DNA from: Mobula hypostoma
Lineage: Eukaryota
Direction: 5' to 3'
Assembly: GCF_963921235.1 (NCBI RefSeq)
Contig: NC_086097.1
Span: 180,298,001 to 180,362,000 of the forward strand
Length of the DNA: 64,000 nucleotides
Shown here: one piece after another, positions 23,514-34,708 of the stretch
How the letters are laid out: each line of letters starts with the position of its first letter
How positions within the stretch are numbered: position 1 is the first letter of the stretch
Notes under the pieces: model-generated
What the model saw: the letters and a program-made list of their open reading frames with translations, nothing else
What the model was told of the DNA's origin: nothing
The model's database searches: none
Translations under genes and position numbers: made by a program

Positions 23514-24656
23514 CTGGATTGCCCAAGTTTGTTTTCCTTGAAGCAGAGGAGGCCAAGATGAGTCTAGATGGATGTGTACAAAATTAAGAGGGGAGAAACA
23601 GAGCATCTAGCAGGAAACTGTTTCCCATAGCAGTGCTGTCTTAAAGTAGGGTTAGGTTCAGGAATAAGAGATTAGAGGGATTTTCTCACCCAGAGGACAC
23701 ACCATCTGGGCTGGTGGAAGCAGAGACTCACAACATTGAAGGAGAATCTGGACAAACTGTCCAGTTATTTAATGATACAGATCAAGTGAAGAAAATGGGA
23801 TTAGTGTAGGTGTATCCCTGATTTGTTTTATTTAGATATACAGAGCAGAACAGGCCCTTCCAGCCCAATGAGATGCACCACCCAGCAACCCACCTATTCA
23901 ACCCCGGCCTAATCACAGCACAATTTCCAGTGACCAATTAACCTACTAACTGGTACATCTTGGGACTGTGGGAGGTCAGCATAAGGTTTCTATGATGTAC
24001 GAGTGCTGTCAAACACAACACCTTCCAATGACCTGATCAGCAATATTTACTTTGGGATTTGTCAGGGTTAATCAGCTATAACCCATCAAAACTTGAGATC
24101 TGAGTTAGGGACAGGCTGGGCAGGCTAAGACTTTATTCATTAGAGCATAGAACAATGAGGGATTACCATACAGAGGTATATAAAATCAAGAGGGGCATGG
24201 ACAGGATTAATGCACACAGTTTTTTCCCAGGGAAAAGGAATCATGAATTTGAGGCATAGGTCTAAGGTAAGAGGGGAAAAATTTAAAAAGGACCTGAGGG
24301 TCAACTTCTACATACAGAGGATGCTGCATCTTTGGAATGTGCCGCCGGAGGAAGTGGGTGAGGCAGGTACATTAACAACTTTTAAAAGCCACTCGGACAG
24401 GTACATGGATAGGAGGCATTTAAAGGAAAAAGGATCCAGGTCTTTCCCAAGACATATAACGCATAAACTCTTCTCGGGCTTTCAGCCGGGTCCAGGTTTT
24501 GATTTTAACTGACATTTTGATGACAAACTCCACTGTCTTCATCGGGGATGATGCCCAGCCCATCTAGTCCAGTGGTACTGTATATATATATTCAATTCCT
24601 ACTGTCTGTCCCTCCTGATTGATTAGTCCACAACCAGTCAGATTTCCACTGTCCCA

Positions 24657-25204
24657 AACAACAGGAATTCTGCAGATGCTGGAAATTCAAGCAACACACA
24701 TCAAAGTTGCTGGTGAACGCAGCAGGCCAGGCAGCATCTGTAGGAAGAGGTGCAGTCGACGTTTCAGGCCGAGACCCTTCATCAGGACTAACTGAAGGAA
24801 GAGTGAGTAAGAGATTTGAAAGTTGGAGGGGGAGGGGGAGATCCAAAATGATAGAAGACAGGACGGGGAGGGATGGAGCCAAGAGCTGGACAGGTGATTG
24901 GCAAAAGGGATACGAGAGGATCATGGGACAGGAGGTCCGGGAAGAAAGACAAGCGGGGGGGATCCCAGAGGATGGGCAAGGGGTATATTCAGAGGGACAG
25001 CGGGAGAAAAAGGAGAGTGAGAGAAAGAATGTGTGTATAAAAGTAAGTAACAGATGGGGTACGAGGGTGAGGTGGGGCATTAGCGGAAGTTAGAGAAGTC
25101 GATGTTCATGCCATCAGGTTGGAGGCTTTGCTGAACTGACGCAGACTGGGAGACCGCTTTGCTGAACACCTACGCTCTGTCCGCCAGAGAAAGCAGGATC
25201 TCCC
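24657..25204 (-). mobile_element. PLE copy with a 5' inversion
   Basis: 24657-25127 matches the element at 17211-17650 on the minus strand. 25128-25204 is a plus-strand GIY-YIG piece (RRLGDRFAEHLRSVRQRKQDLP). Confidence 0.85.
24754..24789 (-). ncRNA. Minimal hammerhead ribozyme motif (PLE)
   Basis: AGUC-CUGAUGA-AGG-GUCUCGG-CCU-GAAA-CG-UC/GACU; differs from the 17273 copy only at the free N of CUGANGA. Confidence 0.68.
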
Positions 25205-26031
25205 GTGTGGACCGATCTAGTCGCCTTGTCACCATATCGGTCAAATGTGAGCAAATGGGTCTATTTTACATAGGCATCTTAGTCAGCAGAGACTATATAA
25301 CCATATAACAATTACAGCACGGAAACAGGCCATCTCAGCCCTTCTAGTCCGTGCTGAATAGTTGGGCCGTAGAGCCTAATTCTGTGCTGTATGACTCTAA
25401 AGCACTCACAACCTCTGTCCAAAGATGACCTAAATTCCCTTTGCAAGCTAAGATTACCTGTCCCTGATATTAAGGTATCATTTAACCAATTGTGGAATCA
25501 AGGACCCCTGTGAGATTAAAGTTAATGAGCATCCACCCCTTGGCTAAAGAAATTCCTCCTCATTTCTAATCTAAAGGGTTCTTGCATTCTGAGATTGTGG
25601 CCTCTGGTCCTAGACTCTCGCACTATAGGAAACATCCTCTCCAGATTTATTCATCTAGGCCTTTCAATATTCGATAGGTTTCAATGAGGACTGGCTCATA
25701 GACCTCCAGTTTCCTTCTCCTGAAATCAATAATCAGTTCCTTGGTCTTTCTGACATCGACATCACTCAGCCAGTTTTTCAATTTCCCTCCTATATGCTCC
25801 TTTGCAAATTGTGTTATAGAATACAGGTTACTGGTGCACAGCATGGGGCTGGCTGCTGAGAGATGTGGTTTACAAAGTGAAGTGACCATGAGGTGGTTTG
25901 TCTACCTTAGCCAAACACAAAACAATGGGGGTTACATAACTTAGCACATCAAAACATTGCTACAGGTATGATCTATCAATGGTTGGAATATTTGTGCACT
26001 CACAGAGTCAGACCTCACAGCATTACTTTTA

Positions 26032-27014
26032 GGCTATGTCCACACTACGCCGGATAATTTTGAAAACGCTGGTTTCGAGTAAAAATGACAGGCGTCCACA
26101 CTAAGCGTTTTTCAAAATATCTCCGTCCACATTAGGCGGACATTTGGGCGAATCTCCTCCTACTGGGCATGCACAGGACACACACAGAAAACAAGCGAAG
26201 AGGAAACGATATACTTCGTGCGCGTTTGTCCAGTTACAGAGTAGAAAAACTTTAAAGGAATTGCTCTTGGCTCTCGCACAGGAGGACTTAAAACTTAAAA
26301 AAAACAAATACTGGAGCGTATGGAGGCAACCGACAGGGAGTTCACGGACAGTATGACCCAGCTGACGACGAACATTGAAAAACTAACTCTGTTACATTAA
26401 TAAAGCACCTTGTTAAATGTATAAAACGTCTGCATCAGTGTTATCTTGTATTTCCATACAATGTTACATTAGGCTGTTACACATCTATTGTCAGAGAAGT
26501 ACTTGCATAAATAGGTAAACCACCTTCATACAAGCAAGGACAGAAAACAGGGCGAAGTGAGTATACTTATTTATTCAGTAAGCTATGGGTCAACTGGCTT
26601 CAGTCTCGTCCGTCTGTTCTGAAATTGTTAGGTGGTGGCGTTCAAGAAAACAACGAACATCTGTTCCAGCACGTCATGACAGCGTTTTTAAATAGTCAAA
26701 AAAACTCACTTTACAATTTAACTCTCACGCTGTTCACACCAACTGCGTGTTATAACAGCTTGCGCAGTACCAAGCAGAAGCAGCAAAAAGCATTGTTGTT
26801 GTGGTGTTGTCATGACAGCGTTTTAAAATCTCTCTGGTTACTCCGTACACACTACGCCGGATATTAAGCGTTTTCAGATTTATTCACTCTGGAGAGTGTT
26901 TTCGAAAATCTCCGTTTTCGGGGGCTGAAAACGCCAGCTCAGTGTGGACGGGAGGGCAAAACGAAGAGAAAAAGCTTCATTTTCAAAATTATCCGGCATA
27001 CTGTGGACGTACCC
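26032..27014. mobile_element. Non-autonomous PIF/Harbinger-like DNA transposon (about 980 bp)
   Basis: About 35-bp imperfect TIRs GGCTATGTCCACACTACGCCGGATAATTTTGAAAA / TTTTCAAAATTATCCGGCATACTGTGGACGTACCC, TTA at the left flank, subterminal CCACACT and GCGTTTT repeats, and an internal coiled-coil remnant (LLALAQEDLKLKK/ILERMEATDREFTDSM). Confidence 0.75.
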
Positions 27015-27639
27015 AAAGTTATCTGGCATCTTTGTCTCCAGAACTGTTTAGACCATCTATGCAAATTACTTTGTCACAACAAAGGTACGTAAATAATGTC
27101 AACTAGTAGCAAAACAGTATTTCTGTTAGAAAGCATTGGGAACTGTTAGGAATGAGAGAGAGAACAACAGAAAGAACAGGAATTCATTCCCCAACCTTTG
27201 GTTTCTGCGATGAATAACCTGTTCATCTGCAACTCATTGGTATATTCTTTTATTTTGTAAGAATTGTTTATATGTTTGGAAATCCTTTGTAGTTTATAAA
27301 TGTTTTGTAATTGGGAAACCTTTTATAAATCAGAAATCCTCTGAGTGTTAAATGTGTGTTACGCACTATTTATCTAAATTTAAATGTGTATCATTAAAAA
27401 TAAAATAAACTTCATCAGCTGGAGTATCTCCTCCTCTCCTCCTTGGTAGGGAGGGTGCACCCAGCACTCAAGTAGTGGGTAATGGCAGCTAGACCTCACC
27501 ACAGAGACTAGACAGGGAAGTAAGTTGGTCTTTGAAGAATCACCTCCCTATAGTGAGGGTACTCATACATATCTACATCAGATGGGCCTTAAAAACTTTT
27601 TTTGAGTTTAGGGCTTTGCAGACAGTAAACCCAAATTCA

Positions 27640-28480
27640 TCACAAGAACTCTCTTCATTCTTCTAAACTCCAGCAAGTATGGACCCAGAGCCATCAAATG
27701 CTCCTCATGTGTTAACCTTTTCATTCCCAGGATCATTCTCATGAAAAATTTCTGGACCCTCTCCACTGCTAGCATATCCTTACTTAGATAAGGGGCTTCT
27801 ATTTCTATTGTGTGAACAATATTCCAAGTACGGTCTAACCAATGCCTTAACCAGACTCAGCATTTCATCCCTGCTTTTATATTCTAGTCCTCTTGAAATG
27901 AATGCCAACATTGCATTTACCTTCCTCTCCACCAACTCAAACTGCAAGTTAACTTTCAGAGAATCCTGCATGAGGACTCCCAAGTCACTTTGCACCTCTG
28001 ATTTTTGAATTTGCTCTCTGTTTAGGAAATAGTCTACACCTTCATTCCTTTTACCAAAGTGTATGTCCATACACTTCTCTACCCTATATTCCATCTGCCA
28101 CTTCTTTGCCCATTCTCCTAATCTAAGTCCTTCTGCAGCCTCCCAGCTTCCTCAACACTGCTTGCCCCTCCTATCTTTTCATCGTCAACAAACTTAGCCA
28201 CAAAGCCATCAACTCCATCATCTAAATCATTGACCTTAACGTGAAAAGAAATAGTTCCAAAACCAGCCCCTGCAGAACACCACTACTCACAGGAAGCCAA
28301 CCAGAAAAATGCACCCTTTGCCTCCTGCTAATCAACCAATCTTCTATCTATGCCTGTACCTTTCCTGTAATACCATGAGATCTTATCCTGTTTAATAGCC
28401 TCATGTGCAGCACCTTGTCAAAGATTTTATGAAAATCAAAGTAAACAACATTCACCAACACTCTCCTTTGTCTATCCTGC
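27640..28480 (-). mobile_element. Old CR1 LINE fragment (RT region)
   Basis: Degenerate KCMDIHFGKRN...DLGVLMQDSLKVN...LVKALVRPYLEYC. Confidence 0.8.
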
Positions 28481-28959
28481 CTATTTATTTTATTGCCCTT
28501 CTCACAAGTGACGACTTATAACAAATGGCCTTTCTTTGTTCTCGTGAATCAAAGCAGTTCAGCCAGATCAGCCAGTTGCTAGGCTCAGGTTACCTCAAGT
28601 CACCAACACAAGTTATCCTAATCATAAACCCGCATATGCTATTTTACCGAAGACCATCTCATAAATAACTTATAATTTGAAAATAATCTCTAGTTTAGCA
28701 GGTTATCAATAGAGGTATCATTGTGTCCACTTTTAAGTTCTTTGATCTAGTTATTCCTGAGCAAAACAAGTTTATAAGACAGTTCACAAAATGGAGGTTC
28801 CAGAACAGTCTCACAAAGTGGCAACCTCCATTCCTTCCACCATGTGTCAAGAACAAAGACATCTAGTTTGCCTTCTTCCACTGTCCTTGACTCATTCCAG
28901 TTAGATGTTTTCTTCCATATTTTAATTCCTTCATGGGCAACACAGCCATTAAGCAGCAG

Positions 28960-30270
28960 TGCTACTAACTTCAATAAGCTTCAAGGCCTTGCCCTCAATA
29001 CCTCCTTGTGCAATTGGATCCTTGATTTCCTCACTGCAGATCCTAGTCAGTTCAGATTGACAACAATATCTCTTCCATCATCACTATCAGCACAGGTGCA
29101 CCATAAGGTTCTGTGCTTAGCCCTCTACTCTACTCACTTTACGATTATGGTTAAGCACAGCCCCAATGCCAAAATCAAGTTTACTGATTATACCACTGTC
29201 GTAGGCCAATTCAGCATATAGGAGGGAGATTGAAATCCTGGCTGACTGGTGCCATAACAACAACAACCAATGACACAATGTCAGCAAGACCAGAGGAGCT
29301 GGTTATTAACTTCAGGAGGAGGAAACCAGAGGTCTATGAGTCAGTCTTCATCAGGGGATCAAAGGTGGAGAGGGTCAGCAACTTTACATTCCTCGGTGTT
29401 ATCTTTTTGGAAGACCTGTCCTAGATCCAGCACGTAAGTGCAATTACAAAGAAAGTGCCTCTACTTCCTTTGAGGTTTACTAAGGTTCAGCGTGATATCT
29501 AAAACTTTGACAAACTTCTAAAGATGTCTAGTAAAGTGACTGGCTGCATCACAGCCTGGTATGGAAACATCAATGCCCTTGAATGAAAAATCCTCGAAAA
29601 AGCAGTGGATATGGCCCAGTCTGTCACAGGTAAAGCCCTTCCCACCACTGAGAACATGAAGTGTTGTTGCAGGAAAACAGAATCTATCAGCAGGGACCCC
29701 TACTGCCCAGGTCATGGGTCTCTCTCGTTGCTGCCATCAGGACTCACACCAGAATCAGATCTATTATGACCAGCATGTGTCGTGAAATTTGTTAACTTAG
29801 CAGCAGCAGTTCAATGCAATACATAATAACACAGAAAGAAAAATAAATCAATTACAGTAAGTATATATGTATATTAGATTATAAATAGTGCAAAAACGGA
29901 AATAGCGTATCTTTTTTTAAAAAGTGAACCACCGGGTACAGCAATAATTATTATCCCTCAGCCTTCAGGCTCTTGAATCATAGGGGATAACTTCACTCAG
30001 CCCATCATAGAAATATTTCCATAACCTGTGGACTCACTTTCAAGGACTCTTCATCTCATGATCTCAATATTTATTGCTTATTTACTTATTATTATTATTA
30101 TTTCTTTTTGTATTTGCACAGATTGTTGTCTTTTGGTTGAACACCCAACTTGGTGTTGTCTTTCACTGATTCTATTATGGATTTATTGAGTATGCCCAGA
30201 AGAAAATGAATCTCAGGGTTGTATATGGTGACATATACTGTACTTTGATAATAAATTCACTTTGAACTTG
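28960..30270 (+). mobile_element. Old Rex1/Babar-like LINE fragment
   Basis: NKLQGLALNTSLCNWILDFLT...KFTDYTTVVG...ELVINFRR...KVERVSNFTFLGV, similar to the Rex1 copy at 43043-45903; 3' tail ATAAATTCACTTTGAACTT. Confidence 0.7.
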
Positions 30271-31324
30271 TGCTACAGTGCTGCCCAGTTGTGAAGACCA
30301 AATGCTGGGAGTTAATGAAGCTAAGTTCTAAGTTCTAAGAAATAGAGTCCAGCGCTCAGGTATTCCTATCACAGTTTTAGCAGGAGTAACCAGAGTTTTC
30401 TCCCCTCTAAACAAGTCAGCAGCCCCAGCTCCTACTCTTTGCCAAACCTGTGGTTTTGACCTTCTGTGAAATACAGTTAGCAAACAGACTCTGTCAACAA
30501 CTGATTGCAGCAAGGCCAGCATGGGGAAATAATGTGCCTTTTGTGTTCCAGCATGGGGAAATAATGTGCCTTTTGTGTTGCAGCAAGCGATGGTACCGGT
30601 AAGTGCTGGTGAATTTAGACATGGAGTAATACAGCACAGAATGCAGATTTAATATGTATTGTGCCATAAAATATTGGTTATGCTCAAGAAAACAGCACAT
30701 AAAGTAATTCTGCAAGTGACCTATGAGATAATTTATTTTCAGCATCTGCAGATCTTCACTTGTTTGTAATTTACTTTCATACCTCCTTGTGCAATATATA
30801 TGGTTTTCATTCTCCTTTGTGCTTGAGTAAGCATATCATGCTGACAGTACAAGTCCGATACTCCAACGCATTTGTGTCTTACAGAGATGAGTATTTTTTT
30901 TTAGCCAGAGGGTAGTGAATCTGTGGAATTCGTTATTACAGATAGCTATGAGAACCAAGTCATTGGGTATATTTAAAGTGGAGGTTGATAAGTTTTTGAT
31001 TCATAAGGGCATCAAAGATTAAGGAGAGAAGGCAGGAATATAAAGTTGAAAGGGAAAATAAATCAGCCATGATTGAATGTTGGAGCAGACTTGATGGGTC
31101 AAATGGCCTAATTCTACTCCCTATGTAATATGGCCTTAAAGACTGTTGGTCCTGTTAGATTAGCAGATTTTCTGGACTATTGGATGCTTTTCATTCCAAT
31201 CCACTTTAAATTTTTTTTTTCAGAAGTTACAGAGAATTTTAATAAATTTTCCAAAAACCAGTAAGTTAAAAGGGAGCAAGAGATCCAGGGACCCAGCAAG
31301 TCCAAAGGGAGCACAGAATCAGAG

Positions 31325-31562
31325 CACTGGTGAATGGGAGAGAGCAGCGACCAGGTCTCCGGTGAATGGGAACAAGATCACCAGTGATCTGGGTAAGGAA
31401 TGGGAGTCAGGGTGGGGGCAATGTGTCTGGTGAATGGAAGGGGGTTGGGGGATGTTTCTGGTGAATGGAGGTGGGAGACAAAGTTTCTGGTGAATGGAGG
31501 GGAGTGGGGACCAAGTCTCTGGTGAATGGAATGGAGAGAGGACCAGATCTCTGGTGAGTCGG
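31325..31562 (+). repeat. Degenerate ~31-bp minisatellite with a conserved CTGGTGAATGG core
   Basis: Core at 31327, 31359, (31389 degenerate), 31427, 31458, 31487, 31519 and 31551. Confidence 0.75.
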
Positions 31563-32510
31563 ATGCCAAACATCAGAATTTCCTACTGGTCTGATGGTGG
31601 ATTGTCAGAGGTAAACCATAGTGTGTGAGATATGCCACAAACACCAGATACTGGGCTCTGCACATTTTCAAACAAAAGACCTTTTGTATACGAGTGAGAT
31701 ATTACATCACAGTGTTTAAGTGACTGGTGAGGCCACACATGGAATATTATGTATAGGGGGATCACTTTGTTATAGGAAAGATGTGATTAAATTGAAGAGT
31801 GCAGAGAAGATTTATGAGGATGTTGCCAGGACAAGAGGGCCTAAGTTGTAGGGAGGGGTTGGTCATGTTAGGCCTTTATTCCTTGGAACACAACAGAATT
31901 GTCTTAAAGTAGGACAGCACAGAAACAGGTCCTTAGCCTACCAAGTCCATGCTGAACTATAAATCTGCCCAGTCCCATCAACCTGCACCGGAACCATAGC
32001 CCTCCATATCCCTCCCATCCACGTGCTTATCCAAATTTCTTTTAAATGCTAAAATCAAATCCACATCCACCACTTCTGCTGGCAACTAGTTCCACATTCT
32101 CACCACCCCCAAATGAAGCAGTTCCCCCCATGATCCCCTTAAATATTTCACCGTTCAGCTTTAACCTGCAATCTCAAGTTCTACTCTCACTCAGCCTCAG
32201 TGGAAAAAGCACACTTGCATTTACCTATCAATACCCTCTATATAATTTGACATGCCTCTAACAAATCTCCCCTCATTCATCTATGCTTGAGATGCACCTG
32301 ATAGAAATTGTTTAAAATCATGACAGGCATAGATAAGGTGGATGGTGACTGTCTTTTCCCCAGGGTAGGGGAGTCCAAAACTACGGGACACAGGTTTAGG
32401 GGAAAAATTAAAAAGCAACCAGAGGGGCAACATTTTCACCTGGAGGATGCTGAGTATATGAAACGAACTGCCAGAGGAAGTGGTTGAGGCAGGTAATTTG
32501 TTTAAGAGTC

Positions 32511-32865
32511 AAACAACAGGAATTCTACAGATGCTGGAAATTCAAGCAACACACATCAAAGTTGCTGGTGAATGCAGCAGGCCAGGCAGCATCTCTAGGA
32601 AGAGGTGTTTCTTTCTCCCAGGGCCTCCTGTCCCATGATCCTCTCGTATCCCTTTTGCCAATCACCTGTCCAGCTCTTGGCTCCATCCCTCCCCCTCCTG
32701 TCTTCTCCTATCATTTTGTATCTCCCCCTCCCCTTTCCACTTTCAAATCTCTTACTAACTCTTCCTTCAGTTAGTCCTGACGAAGGGTCTCGGCCTGAAA
32801 TGTCGACTGTACCTCTTCCTAGAGATGCTGCCTGGCCTGCTGCGTTCACCAGCAACTTTGATGTG
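32511..32865. mobile_element. Short PLE insertion with inverted terminal-repeat halves
   Basis: About 32552-32606 is the near-perfect reverse complement of about 32811-32865. Hammerhead motif at 32773-32808 (GAAATGTC variant). Inserted in an old CR1. Confidence 0.85.
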
Positions 32866-33201
32866 AGGTACATGGAGGGTTGGGGCTTAGAGGGATATGT
32901 GACAAAGGAAATTGAGATGAGCTGTGTGGGCACCATGGACTGGTCAAGCTAAAGCACCTGTGTACATGCTATGACTCTTATAATCGTAAAGTGTACCAAA
33001 AGTAGTAACTACTTATACAGTTTTAATCAGTACAATTAATTGGTAAACTCATTTTAGATACTCAATTTTATATCCAATTCCAGCTTTGCCCTTTCTCCTC
33101 CAAGTTTAGATTCATTTCTGATTACTGATTTGGGCACACCCATACAATACCCACTGTGATAAGTCTCATGCACCCCCTTTAAGAGAAGCTTTACCTACAT
33201 A

Positions 33202-33727
33202 CACTCAGTGGCCACTTTATTAGGTACACCTTCTCATTAATGCAAACATCTAATTAGTCAATCATATGTGGCAGCAACTCAATGCATCAATGCATGCAGA
33301 CATGGTCAAGAGGTTCAGTTCAAACATCAAAATGGGGAAAAAATGTGATCTAAGTGACTTTGACTGTGGAATGATTGTTGGTGCCAAACAGTGTGATACA
33401 AGCATCTCAGAAACTGATGATCTCCTGGGATTTTTCCACGTAACAGTCTCTAGAGTTTACAGAGAATAATGCAGTGCAAAAGACATCCAGTGAACAGCAA
33501 TTCTGTGGGCAAAAACGTCTTGTTAATGAGAGAGGTCAGAGGAGATTGTCCAGACTGGTTCAAACTGACAGGAAAGCGACAGTACCTCAAATAAGCACGT
33601 GTTAAAACAGTGGTATGCATATTAGCACTTCTGAATGCACAACATGTCAAAATTGGAAGTGGAAGGGTTATAGAAGCAGAAGACCACACCGGTTCCACTC
33701 TGTACTTAATAAAGCAGTCACTGACAG
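33202..33727 (+). mobile_element. Internally deleted Tc1-like transposon
   Basis: TA|CACTCAGTGGCCACTTTATTAGGTACA ... TGTACTTAATAAAGCAGTCACTGACAG|TA TIRs; transposase N-terminus MGKKCDLSDFDCGMIVGA...SISETDDLLGF...VSRVYRE. Confidence 0.85.
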
Positions 33728-34708
33728 TATTTACAGGTACTGTATATCATTTTCAAATTAAAACACTGCCGCCTAGAGGCAGCAGCTCCACTAACTCTGA
33801 CCTTCTGCTGCCTAGTTGGAGGCTGTTATCACTGGTGTGACTGGGAATGAAATACTTCCCTGTAAACAAGTCTATGCCAGATGTTCTCCATCCCTGTGTT
33901 GCCCACCAGTGTCAGAAGATCTCCATGGAGCAGGTAGATACCATTTGCTCCCTCTCCAGAGACACTCAGGCACGGACAAATGAGAAACAGGACAAGTCAG
34001 CTCAAGTGGAACCTCTGACAGCCTAGCCTGCTGCTTGGAAAAGTGAATGGCTCCCTTGGCCAGACCCAGGAGCAGATCAGCAAGCTGGTTTGCATGACTG
34101 ACTCAACCCCTGTTTACATCAGTCATGTGTCTGTGAGGGCAGGTAGGAATGCTTTGTAGACCCAATGTAGACCATATACTTTTGTATCTAATGTAACATT
34201 GGAAAGGTGCCTACTGGAGAAACCAGACTGTGAGAAAACACTTTAGGCCTACAGAATCTATAGAGAGGTGCATGCTTTGTATGTCTGAAGGGTTGATAAG
34301 TTCAACCACCACAGCTGGGCTCTCGACTTAAAACATGCACTGTTCATTTCCTGCCACAGACACTGCTCAGATTTCAGATTAATTTATTTATCCCATGTAC
34401 TGTATATCGCAACACACCATAAAAAGCATCATTTGTGTTAACAACCACACACTCAAGGATGTGCTGGAAGCAGCCTGCAAGTGTCACTACACATTCTGGC
34501 ACCAACAAAGCATTCCCACAATGTCCAGCAGAACAACACAACTAACAGCAGCGGCAGCAAAACAATTTCCTTTCCTCCCTCTCTCCCACCCACTCACACA
34601 GACAGACCTCCAAACTGCTGAGTTCCTCCAGCAATTTGTTTGTTGCTCCAAATCCCAGCATCTGCTCTCTTTTGTGTCTCCAGACTGAAAAAGCATCACC
34701 AATGTTTT

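Noticed and set aside
27545..27562. CCCTCACTATAGGGAG on the minus strand, resembling a T7/T3 promoter (vector contamination)
   Set aside because: The match is partial, lacks TAATACGA and has no adjacent vector sequence; chance.
31325..31562. CRISPR-like repeat-spacer appearance
   Set aside because: The core is only 11 bp and not palindromic, the spacers are related to each other, there are no cas genes, and the context is vertebrate.
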